Part shown: positions 43,297 through 54,136 of the stretch, piece by piece | Numbering within the stretch: position 1 is the stretch's first letter | Layout of the letters: the number at the start of each line of letters is the position of its first letter | Source: an uncultured Chloroflexia bacterium | Lineage (GTDB): Bacteria > Chloroflexota > UBA6077 > JACCZL01 | NCBI GenBank assembly: GCA_963765765.1 | Contig: CAVXYC010000015.1 | Coordinates: forward strand, 576,001-640,000 | Length of the DNA stretch: 64,000 bases | Reading direction: 5' to 3' | Notes under the pieces: model-generated | What the model saw: the letters and a program-made list of their open reading frames with translations, nothing else | What the model was told of the DNA's origin: nothing | Databases searched by the model: none | Program-made: the position numbers and the translations under genes

Positions 43297-43334
43297 AACA
43301 AAAACGGCCGCCCCTGTCATAAGGAGCGGCCGTT
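43297..43334 (-). terminator. Intrinsic terminator of the dioxygenase gene
   Basis: aacggccgc...gcggccgtt stem with a T-tract on the minus strand. Confidence 0.6.
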
Positions 43335-43360
43335 CTAGTCCAGCTTGAGAAACGCTTGGT

Positions 43361-44446
43361 TTAGTGCGTTCCGTTGCCGTTGCCGTTGGTGACCCATCGG
43401 CCTACGCACACGCCGCAGCCGGTACCGGCCGGGGAGCGGTAGCCTGGCTGATAGGTCATGACTTCCATTTTCGTGTCGCCCATCGCGCCCGCGGCGGCTA
43501 CCCAGTTCAGAATCTCCGTTGTGGCTGACTGCAGCTTGTAGCGCGGGAGTGTGCTGAGAATGTCGCCGTTGGCTTCGGTGAGACCCTTGATAGCGAGCCG
43601 ATCGATCTCTTCGTCAACGGTGAAGTGGCTCAGACCGCCGGACGTGATCACGGCCACGCGCACATCCTTGTCCCAGTTCAGAATCGCCTCATGGACCTGG
43701 CGACCTAGCGCATACGCACGGCGGGGGCTGATCCAATTAGGCGGGTAGCAGGTGTTGATCGTGATCGGCACCATCGGAGGTCGCTTGCCCTTGAACCAGC
43801 GGCACACCGGAAACGAGAAGGCATGCGGCATGCCTTGACGTCGCGGCTTCACGTTTCGCTGTGAATCCAGGTACCACGTCGCTGGGCCGATTGTCCCGCC
43901 GTACTCTTCTTTCATATAGCGCTGTTGCGCCACGTCAAAGTCATGCTCCTGGAGCTCTTCGATAATGTGCAGACCGAGATCCTGCTCAATTGGGTAGACG
44001 ATCTCTTCGGTGCCATACACTGACGCGGCGATTGACACGGCCGCGGTCATGCCGGGCCGGTTGTTGATGCGCGGATAGTGAGTAAGTGTCTCGCCCCAAT
44101 AAACGCTGATCATCGGATAGTTGTCGTCGAAGAAGAACTCGCCCTGATCATCCCCAATGGCGACGACGACGTCTGGATCACACTCCGCGAAGGCTTCGCC
44201 CAAACGATCGAGCCCGTCTTGAATCGCGGCGTACTTGCGCACGAAGATCGATTCGTCAATGTGCTCCTCGGCGATCTTGGGATCTGCCGTGGCAAGGAGC
44301 TCGTCATAGGGCACACGCTTGCCATCTCGCGGTCGGACGAGCTCACGATTCCGCGTGTCATCGTCCGCTCGCTTGGCCCAGTCCTCGCCGGGAAGACTCA
44401 TGAGCGGTGTGTGTGATGAAGCAAAGCCACCAACGATAGTTGCCAT
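43361..44446 (-). CDS. LigB-family (class III) extradiol ring-cleavage dioxygenase-like protein
   Basis: MATIVGGFASSHTP, DVVVAIGDDQ, PHAF, VAVITSGGLSHF, TEILNW, YRSPAGTG. Confidence 0.8.
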   Translation of the reverse strand: MATIVGGFASSHTPLMSLPGEDWAKRADDDTRNRELVRPRDGKRVPYDELLATADPKIAEEHIDESIFVRKYAAIQDGLDRLGEAFAECDPDVVVAIGDDQGEFFFDDNYPMISVYWGETLTHYPRINNRPGMTAAVSIAASVYGTEEIVYPIEQDLGLHIIEELQEHDFDVAQQRYMKEEYGGTIGPATWYLDSQRNVKPRRQGMPHAFSFPVCRWFKGKRPPMVPITINTCYPPNWISPRRAYALGRQVHEAILNWDKDVRVAVITSGGLSHFTVDEEIDRLAIKGLTEANGDILSTLPRYKLQSATTEILNWVAAAGAMGDTKMEVMTYQPGYRSPAGTGCGVCVGRWVTNGNGNGTH

Positions 44447-44745
44447 ATGCGACGACCTCCATATAGGTCCCAGCGGACTTTCCAGCTGGGAGAGCGCGTT
44501 CAACCTGGACAGATATCAATCACTCGGTATATGGCACAAGTGTAATCCCGCGTGCCATTACCGCGCATCTTGAAATCTACCGCTTGCTTGACCTGTCGTC
44601 AATTGCAGTTGTTGTTGCCTAACGTACCGATGCGGGATTTGGCCTGCGACTATCGAATTGTGTCATCAAGGTTACGGCTGACTCTGCATATAGCTGGGCA
44701 GATTGGGTAGCCCCTCAAGGCCATGCGGTCCTGGCGACTGCAGCG

Positions 44746-46458
44746 TCAGCCGGCAGTTCGTGACTCGTAGTCCGGTGTGGGTACCGGTACGAAATCCTCG
44801 ATCTCGTAGTGATAGCCCTGCTCCGTGAGGAAGAGCTGGCGGTGGTCGGAGTATGTCTGGTCGATGGTGTCGTGGCTGACGATGCCGTAGAAGAAGGCTT
44901 GTCCGCCATCGGCTTTGGGACGGAGTACTCGACCGAGACGCTGGGCCTCTTCCTGACGTGAGCCGAATGTTCCGGAGAGCTCAATCGCCACATTGGCCTC
45001 GGGGAGGTCGATGGCGAAGTTCGCGACCTTAGATACGACGAGGTGAGTGATTGCGCCGGTTCGGAAGCTTTCGTAGAGCTTCTCACGCTCTCGGTTGGGC
45101 GTCTTCCCCGTGATGAGCGGCGCACGGAGAAACTCGGCAATCTCGTCTAGCTGATCCAGGTATTGAGCGATCACAAGGACGCGATCGTTTTCATGCCGCT
45201 CCAGGAGCGCGCCCAGCGCCAGCATCTTTGTCGGGTTCGTGGCGGCGATTCGATATTTGTCTCGCCGTTCCGCGCCGGCGTATTCCAGCTTAAGCTCGCG
45301 CGGCATCGGCACGCGAATCTCGGTGCATAGAGCGGGGGCAATCCAGCCCTGGTCTTCCAGCTCTTTCCACGGGGCATCGAATTTCTTGGGGCCAATGAGC
45401 GAGAAGACGTCTTCCTCGTTTCCGTCCTCGCGCACGAGTGTCGCGGTCAGTCCTAGACGTCGACGTGATTGAATCTCGGCCGTCGCGCGGAAAACGGGGG
45501 CGGGCAGCAAATGGACCTCGTCATAAATAATCAGGCCCCAGTCCTCGCGCTGGAACACCTCGAGGTGCGGAAACTCATCTCGGACGCCCTTTTTGCGCGT
45601 CGTCATCACCTGGTAGGTGGCCAGGGTGATTGGCCTGATCTCCTTACGCTCGCCTGAGTATTCGCCAATCGAGTCAGCAGGAATCTCAGTCTTTTCCAGC
45701 ATCTCCCGCTTCCACTGATGCACAGCGGAGATGCCGGTACAGAGTATGAGTGTGTGTGTGGACGCGCGCTCCATCACACCCAAACCGATCACCGTCTTCC
45801 CCGAGCCACACGGGAGTACGAGTACGCCGCTACCGCCGCTCGGTGCACCGTTGGCCCAAAATGCGTCTATCGCCTGGATCTGGTACTCGCGAAGGTGTAT
45901 TCCGCCGATGGCCCCTTCCGACCGAAGCTCGATCGGAAACTTTGCGCCCTCCGTGTATCCGGCGAGGTCTTCCACCGGCATGCCGGCCTTGAGCAAGGCC
46001 TGTTTGAGCTTGCCTCTATCACCGGGCTCCACCAAAGCGCGCCGCTGCTCCGAGCGAGCGCCGAGCAGTGGGGCCAGCCGCGCGTTTCGGCTAAGCTGCT
46101 CCAGGAGATCCGGATCATCGACTTCGAGGGTGAGCGAGCCGGCCTGCCGGAAAAGTCGAATACGACCGTAGCGAGACATCAAGTCTCGGATATCGGTGAC
46201 GACGTTCCCCGGCAGGTCGAACTTGGCGTACTCCTCCAGAGTTTCGAGCACGAATTCCAGCGTGATGCCGGCAGAGCATGCGTTCCAGAGCGAAAGGGCC
46301 GATATCGCGTAGGTGTGGATGTGCTCGGGGCTCTTGCGTAGCTCGGCAAACGCCGCCAGTCGATCGCGACAGTCCGCGAAAAACGGATTGTCCACCTCGA
46401 GCAACAGGCTTCGATCTGCCTGAACAATCAGTGGCCGATCCGGTCGATAGACGCTCAT
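44746..46458 (-). CDS. Bacterial XPB/Rad25-like SF2 DNA helicase
   Basis: MSVYRPDRPLIVQADRSLLLE, KSPEHIHTY, LPCGSGKT, DEVH, GLTAT, QRLGRVLR; true ATG 46458. Confidence 0.93.
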   Translation of the reverse strand: MSVYRPDRPLIVQADRSLLLEVDNPFFADCRDRLAAFAELRKSPEHIHTYAISALSLWNACSAGITLEFVLETLEEYAKFDLPGNVVTDIRDLMSRYGRIRLFRQAGSLTLEVDDPDLLEQLSRNARLAPLLGARSEQRRALVEPGDRGKLKQALLKAGMPVEDLAGYTEGAKFPIELRSEGAIGGIHLREYQIQAIDAFWANGAPSGGSGVLVLPCGSGKTVIGLGVMERASTHTLILCTGISAVHQWKREMLEKTEIPADSIGEYSGERKEIRPITLATYQVMTTRKKGVRDEFPHLEVFQREDWGLIIYDEVHLLPAPVFRATAEIQSRRRLGLTATLVREDGNEEDVFSLIGPKKFDAPWKELEDQGWIAPALCTEIRVPMPRELKLEYAGAERRDKYRIAATNPTKMLALGALLERHENDRVLVIAQYLDQLDEIAEFLRAPLITGKTPNREREKLYESFRTGAITHLVVSKVANFAIDLPEANVAIELSGTFGSRQEEAQRLGRVLRPKADGGQAFFYGIVSHDTIDQTYSDHRQLFLTEQGYHYEIEDFVPVPTPDYESRTAG

Positions 46459-48727
46459 ATGTAGTACTTCTTCGATTCGGCCGTCGTGAGTAGACGGACG
46501 GACAGGATCGATGAGACCGGCATCTCTACCATTTCGCCCGAATTCGCTTCGTATCCAGCCAAGGTTGCATGGCGCATGTTTGCGGGCTCCATCACGTATT
46601 CCAGCGGTGCCATACTCGGGACTGTTCCATTGGACCCGTGCGAGCCGGAGGTCGTTGATTGCTCCCCGGAGCAATGTCTTGATCTCATCCTGCGTTTGTG
46701 TGGCGCGTATGGGCGTGGGCTTTGAATTCGATTTTGCCTTTACGGTCGCCTGAACTGGAAGGTAGCCATTTTTCCGGAGTGATGCGATCGTGGTCACGTC
46801 ATCCGTTCCCCGGATCACAGCGACAGTCGGTGCAATCACCTGGATGTCGAGTCGATCCAGCTTCGCATTTCGAACGATCTCATCGAGCACTTCGGGATCG
46901 TCCACTTCCAGATAGGCAGTCGCGCTCCCCACGCGCACTTGACCGTAACGCTGAGACTGATCGCGGATAACACGCTCAATGGTAGCCGGCATGGGTGTCC
47001 GTGAGTGCCGCTCGAAGAGCCCGGCGATCTCATCTGGAGTCATGCCGTGATTCAACGCGGCACTGATGGAGTCCGCTGATACGCGGAAGATTGATGCCCC
47101 CTGGTTCTCGATTAATTCGGCCACACTCCAGAGATCCAGGATGGAGTCAGGATGCGCATTGGGCGGGGCGACGATTGTCCGATCGGGCTGCACGATCCAG
47201 CTCATGTCCCAATCGGGCAACTTGAGATCAGGTGTCACGCCCTCGGCAAGGATAACGTCGAGTCCCGCGGATTGAATGAGAAACGACTCACGTTTCTCGG
47301 CGTCGCGACCCTCACCTAACACTGTGGCATATAGGGCTGCCCACTCGCCGGATATGTGTTCATTGGAGCTCTTGACCTTGGCGTTGAAGAGCAAGGGCCA
47401 GAAGAAGCTCAATAAGCTTTCAAAAGATTCCCGATCAATCCAGACGTCAAGCGGCAAGCTCGGCAGAAGGCTCAGCACTCGCCGATGTGTATCCCTTGGC
47501 AAATATTGGTCGCTGGAGTAGCTATTTATAGGTTCTTCTGACCAGCCCTGGATCAAGCTGCGGATCAGATCGTCTGGCCGTGCTTCACTCAGGTCCGCCG
47601 CGATGTAGCCACCTTCCCGATCTCCTGATGGGATCACGACCGAAACGTCCATGGCGAGCTTCCAGAGCGTTGATCCGTAGTCCTTCGTAGGCCCGCTGAT
47701 CAGCTTGCTCAATGTCTGGAGCGAGCGTGCGTATGGCTCGCCGTCCTGGCGCCACTCGGCACGTCCCAACGAGATGAAGGCTCTCAGGTGCGAAAGGTCG
47801 CGCAAGAGCGTCGTCATGTTGGGCAAGCGCGTCTCGGTCGGGTTGGCGGAAACGAGCTGCGGCGGCACAAGTGGTGCCGTGTCAAAGATGCTGGTCCCGG
47901 CATAGGCAGTGGCCACGTCTGATGGGATTGCGAAGTAGCTGGCGTAGCCCCAACTATTGCCATACGCCGAAAACACCGGCAACGAGGGCACGTTCCAGCA
48001 GATCGATAAACGGTGATGCTTTAGCCGCGTTAGTTGCGCCCCAGCCGGTTAGTGCCCGTGACACATAGGACATTGCCGCGTAGTAGCCTTCACCCAGCTT
48101 GACCGCCAGTGCGTTGTGGTCTGCCATGCCGCCACGGTCGCTGATCCACTCAAACAGCTCCTTGGATTCGTCTGGCAACGAGGCGATCAGAAAGACCAGA
48201 AATCTATGATCGGTGAGACAGCGAGTGATGACCTCGATGCGCTTGGCTTTGGTGGTGGGGATAGGCGCAATCGAGAGTTTTTGACACATGGCGTGCAGCA
48301 TTTCGGACGATATGCCATTAAGGGCGGAGTTCAGGTCGATCCCGTGTGAGATCGGTTGGGCGCTAGCCACAGCCGCGTACGTGGCGATCCAGCCGGATTC
48401 GGGCTCCGCCACATAGTCCACGAGCCCGAACATCCGAAGATCGTTGAGCACCTGGAGTAGTGAGGGCCTCGGAATTCGACCGTTCAGCTCGTTAGTGAAA
48501 TGGTCCCAGGTCGCCTGGAGCTTCTCTTGCTGAGCGAGCCAGCGGACGATGAGCAGCTGGGCCTGATTTAGCTCGGTAAGAATGGCGTTGAGGTGCTTGG
48601 GCTGCACCACGATCGTTGCCATTCGCTCGGGATCAGTTGTTCCCCCCGGAATCTCATGACGACTGAGAAACTCGTTGAGCTCGCCGGCATTAAGTCGCTT
48701 TATGAGCTGCGCAAGCTGCAAGGGCAC
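46455..48727 (-). CDS. XPB-associated protein with Helicase_C_3-like and WYL-like C-terminal domains (frameshifts ~47970 and ~46610)
   Basis: IVQPDRTIVAP..FRVSADSI..SRTPMPATIERVI..YGQVRVG; corrected tail (YVMEP..VEMPVSSILSV..YI*) ends in an ATGA overlap with XPB. Confidence 0.75.
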
Positions 48728-48923
48728 ATCCGTGTGAATATGAGCTTCGCCAACTGTACGCGTTACCGCGAGACCGACTCAACACTTGCTGTCCCGTGGC
48801 ACGCAGCAGTGGCAACGGTACGCAATATTCAATGCCGCATGTCTCGCGTTATCACTTGCGGCCGAATTAGGAGCAGATTGATCAAACGACAACAAGGAGC
48901 AAGGTAATTACGCCCGTGGGTGC

Positions 48924-49715
48924 TTATCTCAACTGTGTCAGATGCCAGCGCCCATCATTATCCAAGCTGGCGTGCTGCTCATCTTCTAGCTTCCAGAGAT
49001 GCGCTTGCACATTTCCTGCCGCCGCTTTCTGTAGTCGCGGATCCAACAACGGGTAGATGGTCTCAACCAGCTCCTGGATAGATCTTGCGCCAGCGCGTAA
49101 GCCATCGACGATTTCTCGTTCGCGCCCGAGCCGATGATCCAGATACTGCTGAAGAAGCTCTCGTCCATGAGAAGCTGCCGGGCCATGCCCCGGGAGAATC
49201 GTCTCCATTGGCTCATTGAGCAGTCTTTGAAGTGACTCGAGATAGAGACCAAGATCGCCGCGCTCTCGACCGACTACCACTGTGCCCTCGCCGGCGACCA
49301 CGTCGCCGGCAAAGAGCAGACGCTCATCTTCGACTAAGAACGACAGACTGTCGCGGGTGTGTCCGGGCGTGTCCAACGCACGTAGCCCACGTTGGGCCAC
49401 TTCCAGCACCTCTCCATCGCGCAGCACGTTGGTGACGCCAGGCAGTAGCTCATGGCCATAAATCGGTGCCCCCGTCTCGCGGGCCAGAGGATACGCGGCA
49501 GGCAAATGATCACTGTGGCCGTGCGTCACGACGATTGCGCTTACGCTACGTGAGCCGACTTGCGTGAGTATGGAATCGAGATGCTCTGGCATGTTGGGGC
49601 CAGGGTCAAGCACGACCACCGTGTCAATGCCGAACACATACGTGTTCGTGCCTCGCCCCGTCATGACTGATGGGTTGGGCGCTAGAACCAGCTCAATTCC
49701 CGGGCCTACCAACAC
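48924..49715 (-). CDS. MBL-fold hydrolase (LACTB2-like)
   Basis: APNPSVMTGRGTNTY, THGHSDH, TPGHT, LPGHG, C-terminal winged-helix. Confidence 0.88.
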   Translation of the reverse strand: MLVGPGIELVLAPNPSVMTGRGTNTYVFGIDTVVVLDPGPNMPEHLDSILTQVGSRSVSAIVVTHGHSDHLPAAYPLARETGAPIYGHELLPGVTNVLRDGEVLEVAQRGLRALDTPGHTRDSLSFLVEDERLLFAGDVVAGEGTVVVGRERGDLGLYLESLQRLLNEPMETILPGHGPAASHGRELLQQYLDHRLGREREIVDGLRAGARSIQELVETIYPLLDPRLQKAAAGNVQAHLWKLEDEQHASLDNDGRWHLTQLR

Positions 49716-50489
49716 GCGATGATCTCTGGATCGGCGTTCCCCGATCGACCGCTCGCAACGATGGGATCGACACATCGAATCACTTTGGAGTGAGCGAATT
49801 CGAGCACGTCGCTGACCGACTCGTATGGCAGGAGGAGACTGATGTTCATGCGTGTCGGGAATACCAGCAAGAGCTCTTTCGCCTCACCCCGGGCGAGCGC
49901 CTCACGCGGTGAGATCCAGAGACCATCAGTTGTCTCGATGTTGCAGTGGCTTGCATCTTGCCCGGCGGGCATCGACGTGATGAAAAATCGCGTGTCGTAG
50001 CGCTTGGGCGCCTGGACTGGCGTACGCCAATGCGAAAAGTAGATGAGGCGCTCAAGACACAGTCCGACGCCCATTGACTGTACCGCGCTCGCAAAATCGG
50101 CACCGTCTGCAAGTGATCTCAGACGTGCGCTTGCGATCTCATCCTGACCTGGCAACCGAGCGCCGTCATGGACAAGGACGCCGGCTTCCTCGAGGAGCTC
50201 CCGGGCCGCGGCCAACCAGAAACTGAAGCACTCAGTAGGTGAGTCAGGCGAAAGGTCGCCTCGCTCGTGTAACACGTCGAAGGCGTCCGCGGGCGTGAAC
50301 GATCTGCTGAGCCCTATTGAGGCCTCGGCAGTATCGCTCGGAATTGTTGTCCCGCCGGGAAAGACGTAGGCAAGATTGGCGAAGCCGCTCTGCTCGTGGC
50401 GTCTAACAAGAAACATCTCCAGCCCCGTTGGGCCGTCGCGAACCAGGATGACCGTGGATGATGGGCGAGCAAAGGCCGGCTTCAGTCAC
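49706..50489 (-). CDS. NUDIX hydrolase (NUDT19-like); start uncertain
   Basis: RPSSTVILVRD, YVFPGG, ARELLEEAG, WRTP..KRYDTRFF, VFPT. Confidence 0.85.
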
Positions 50490-50536
50490 CGTCTCGCCCA
50501 TCACCACAAGCTACTCCCGTCGCGCTGATGCACGAG

Positions 50537-51518
50537 TTAGGGATACTGGCTTGCAGTGGCTTTGAGCCCTGCCTCGGCGCTGCTCCGTTCTTCATCCGCC
50601 AGCGACTCCAAAAGCCGCGTCACCGCGATGGCCGCGGTGGTCGCATCGCCGGTGGCGTTGGTAATTTGACGAACGAATTGATGTCGAACGTCCCCAGCGC
50701 AGAAGATACCCGGCTGGGAAGTCTCCATCTTATCGTCGGTGATGATGAAGCCCATCTCATCTTTCTCGATCGGGTCACGAAAGATATTGCTGGTGGGATC
50801 AAATCCTACATAAATGAAGATTCCGCCGACCTCGACCTCTTTCTCTGTCCCGTCCACGACGTTCTTCGTTTTGAGCTTTTGAACCTTGCCTTCGCCAATG
50901 ATCTCTTCGATGATCGTGTTCCAGACAACTTCGATCTTCTCGTTGGCAAAAAGACGCTCCTGCAGGACGCTCTCAGCGCGTAATTTATCGCGACGGTGGA
51001 ACAGCAGGACCTTGCTTGCATAGCGTGTCAGAAACGTCGCTTCCTCAACGGCGGCGTCGCCACCGCCCACGACCGCAAGGACCTGTCCACGGAAGAACGC
51101 GCCGTCACAGATGGCACAATACGACACGCCTCTTCCACCGAGCTCCGCCTCGCCCGGGCACGCCAAGTTTTCGAGGCGTTCCGCCACTGCAAACGATGAC
51201 GGCTTTAGCCCGATACTCGTCACCTTCGTCTGTTTTGACGACTTTCTCTTTACCGTCGGTGTAGATCTCCGTGACGGTGCCGTATTCAATTGTGGCCCCG
51301 AATTCAAGCGCCTGCTCCTCGAAGACCTGTGCCATCTCGTGCCCGGTGATGCTCTTGAAGCCGGGATAGTCCTCGATGAGCTCGGTGTTCAACAGCTCGC
51401 CGCCAGGGCCCATCTTCTCCACGATGATCGTGCTGAGGTTGCCTCGGCCCGTGTAGAGCGCCGCCGTTAGGCCAGCCGGGCCCGCGCCAACGATCACCAC
51501 GTCACTCGTTTTTTCCAT
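50537..51518 (-). CDS. trxB: Thioredoxin reductase (frameshift ~51157)
   Basis: GAGPAGLTAALY, GVSYCAICDG, VGGGDAAVEEA, HRRDKLR, AGDVR. Confidence 0.95.
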
Positions 51519-51584
51519 ATTTAATCCTCGTCAAGCGCTGCTCGCTGGATGTCTGAGCATCGCCCAACTACTCCCGTTTGAACA

Positions 51585-51610
51585 AACGCCCCCAGGGTGA
51601 CTCGTATTCC
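51585..51610 (-). promoter_or_regulatory. SigR/SigH-like ECF promoter GGAAT-N18-GTT
   Basis: Minus strand ggaatacgagtcaccctgggggcgtt, about 70 nt upstream of trxB. Confidence 0.65.
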
Positions 51611-51684
51611 GCTTGGAAATCAACGGGACGAGCAACCGGGCGTTCGTCTAAGTATAGGCACGCCTTCGAGAGCCGAACCATCGC

Positions 51685-52869
51685 TCATTCGGCAGGTTGC
51701 CCCCGATCCTTGAGCCGCGCCTCGCCACGTTCGACGGGTTCGCTGGCAATCTGACTCGCTGGTAGTGGGGTCGTCGACGATGAATCGTCGCCTCTGTTCA
51801 CTTCGTTTCGACGCGCAGCCCTGTCGATGCGATAGAAGTGCAGCATCGATAGGGCTGCCGCGGCTATTGGAATGCCAAAGAATGCTCCCCAGACGCCAGC
51901 CACGCGAGCGCCAACCAGAAACACCAGGAACATGAGTAGCGGATGCAGACCTATCGTCTGGCTCATGGCCCGCGGTCCCACGACGTTGTAGACGACCTGC
52001 TGAAGAATAAGGGACGCAATCAGGACGAAGATTCCTGAACCTGACTGAGCGATGAGCACGATGATCAGTGGAATTATTAAGGCGAGCATCCCGCCGATAA
52101 ATGGAATCACCGCGCAGATTCCCGCCGTGATGCTGGAGACCAAGACATACGGAAGACCAGCAGCCATCATGATTCCCGCTGTCCCAATCGCGTAGGCAAT
52201 TGCCATGATCATGTTGCCCTTGAGAAAGCCGAAGAAGGCGCTACGCACGCTTTCCAGCAGATAGCGCGCATCGTCCCCGTATCGAGCAGGGAGTAGCTCA
52301 ATGGCTTCTTTTGCCACGCGCCGACCGTCAAGAGTGAAGTAGAACGAGATGATGACCAGCAAAGCGGCCTGGAGGATGGCATTTGCGATTCCCGAGGCCG
52401 CGCCGAAAATGTTAGACAGAATCAGCGGGACGGCCGCCTCCAGGCGGCCCGTTACGTCGTAGGTTCTGACTGCCGATTCGAGATCGACGTAAACACCGCG
52501 CAGCTGGAGCTCCGCGTACAGGGCGAGAAGCTGATCGTTGAAGAAATCAATGAGCGTGGGCAGATACCCGATGATCTGCACAATTTGGGTGACTAAGAGG
52601 GGAGTGACGATCAGTGCGCCCACGATGATCAGCACAAACACGCCGAGATAGACGACCGAGACAGCGATGGGGCGAGGTAGTCTCGTGTAGCTCACCAGCA
52701 TGATCGCGGATGGCTCGATGACGAGCGCCAGGGCCCAGGCGAGGAAAAACAGCAGTACGATGTCCGAGAAAGCTGAGCCAATGAGCCAGATCGCGAACAT
52801 CAGTCCGAGAGCCGCGAGCAGGACGCAAAGAATCACCAGAGCTCGAATCCATGGATCGTCGCTTCTCAT
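51685..52869 (-). CDS. AI-2E family transporter
   Basis: Multi-TM protein with FYFTLDG, IPFIG, VGPRAM..GLHPL, GAFFGIP. Confidence 0.88.
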   Translation of the reverse strand: MRSDDPWIRALVILCVLLAALGLMFAIWLIGSAFSDIVLLFFLAWALALVIEPSAIMLVSYTRLPRPIAVSVVYLGVFVLIIVGALIVTPLLVTQIVQIIGYLPTLIDFFNDQLLALYAELQLRGVYVDLESAVRTYDVTGRLEAAVPLILSNIFGAASGIANAILQAALLVIISFYFTLDGRRVAKEAIELLPARYGDDARYLLESVRSAFFGFLKGNMIMAIAYAIGTAGIMMAAGLPYVLVSSITAGICAVIPFIGGMLALIIPLIIVLIAQSGSGIFVLIASLILQQVVYNVVGPRAMSQTIGLHPLLMFLVFLVGARVAGVWGAFFGIPIAAAALSMLHFYRIDRAARRNEVNRGDDSSSTTPLPASQIASEPVERGEARLKDRGQPAE

Positions 52870-52963
52870 GTTTCGTTGGTTGCCCAGGACCGCGGCGTGA
52901 TCATTTCAGCGATAGCATTCTAGCCGTGCCATGCATCGCTCGTTTCACCAGCGCGGATCTCGT

Positions 52964-53500
52964 CTAGTCGTCCTTCCGAGGCCCTTGAGTCTCTCGGTTA
53001 CTCGCCCGCAGGCCGGCAATGCGAAAGACAAGCGGAATCGTCATAAATACGCTGATCTGACGCACCATATGGAGCGCGGCGACCACGCCCGCATCAGCCT
53101 GGAAGTCGAGTGCTGCCGCGGCCATCTCGGATGCACCGCCCGGCGAAAGCCCCAGCATTGCCGTGATCAAGCGCATCCCCGTGGCCTGCTCGAGGACCCA
53201 TCCGCCAAATAGGCCGGTGCACACGAGGAGGACTACGCCGATGGCCGCTAGGCGTACTGAGCGAACCATGAGCGCGATTGCCCCGCGATTGAACGCCGTG
53301 CCCACTACGGCACCAATGAGGCAGAGCGCGATGAAGCGCAATTCTGATCCGAGAGTGGCAAGCGGAAGCGCCTCGGTGAGCTGGAGTCCACCGACGACGA
53401 TCATAGGTCCCAGGATGCTGCCTGATGGCAGCTTGAGCTTCGTTGCTCCCCATGACGCGGCGAATCCGAGCACCAGCGTGAGAAGTAGGTTGGGGCTCAT
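52964..53500 (-). CDS. AbrB-family (PF05145-type) membrane protein, half-size
   Basis: LPSGSILGPM, IGAVVG, SPGGASEM, VAALHMVR. Confidence 0.8.
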   Translation of the reverse strand: MSPNLLLTLVLGFAASWGATKLKLPSGSILGPMIVVGGLQLTEALPLATLGSELRFIALCLIGAVVGTAFNRGAIALMVRSVRLAAIGVVLLVCTGLFGGWVLEQATGMRLITAMLGLSPGGASEMAAAALDFQADAGVVAALHMVRQISVFMTIPLVFRIAGLRASNRETQGPRKDD

Positions 53501-54009
53501 CCGCGGCTTAGCACGAAGACGACGGCGATCGGAACGACTACCAGGATCAGTACGAGCCGAAGCACATGAAGCGCGGCGACGATTCGCATGTCCGCGCCCA
53601 GGTCATGAGCCATGGACGTCATCTCACCCATGCCACCGGGCGTGAACGAGCAGATCGCGGTTGCTTTGTCCAGCTTGGCGATTTTCGCTGTGAGAAATGC
53701 GATTCCCACACTCGCTCCAAGCAGCAAAAAGGCGATCACGATCGTTGGCACGATTGCAGAGCCCAGCACCTCGAGTGTTTGTCGATTGAGCGACGAGCCG
53801 ATGGCCGTACCGAGCAAGGCTCGACCGGCAAAATTGACGTTGCGCGGGATCGCGGCCGAGCGGCCGGAGATGAGGCTTGTCGCGCCGACGGCGATCAGCG
53901 CGCCGACCATAGCTCCCGCCGGAATGCGATACCACACGGCCGCGAATCCGCCGGCCGCGGCGATCGGCGCGATGAGCCATAGCGGCAGCATGCGGGGATG
54001 CGGTCTCAT
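53497..54009 (-). CDS. AbrB-family (PF05145-type) membrane protein, half-size
   Basis: IPAGAMVGAL, LGTAIG, TPGGMGEM, VAALHVLR. Confidence 0.8.
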   Translation of the reverse strand: MRPHPRMLPLWLIAPIAAAGGFAAVWYRIPAGAMVGALIAVGATSLISGRSAAIPRNVNFAGRALLGTAIGSSLNRQTLEVLGSAIVPTIVIAFLLLGASVGIAFLTAKIAKLDKATAICSFTPGGMGEMTSMAHDLGADMRIVAALHVLRLVLILVVVPIAVVFVLSRG

Positions 54010-54136
54010 AGTGGCGCGGAGCGCTTTAAAGTGCGGCGAGGATTGCCGCTTTCTGCGCCTCCCAGACGCCGGATCGTGATATCGACATAGCGGCGATCCT
54101 CACGGCAGTCTAAAGCGCTCCGCGCCGACGGGAACG

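Noticed and set aside
44746-47991. Apparent 1081-aa XPB fusion protein
   Set aside because: An indel near 46610 creates it. The alternative frame ends in TGA overlapping the XPB ATG (46455-46458), the normal two-gene layout.
52964-54009. Link between the AbrB 'putative ammonia monooxygenase' label and the PmoC-like gene
   Set aside because: That label is a legacy annotation; the proteins have no copper monooxygenase motifs and lie 45 kb away.
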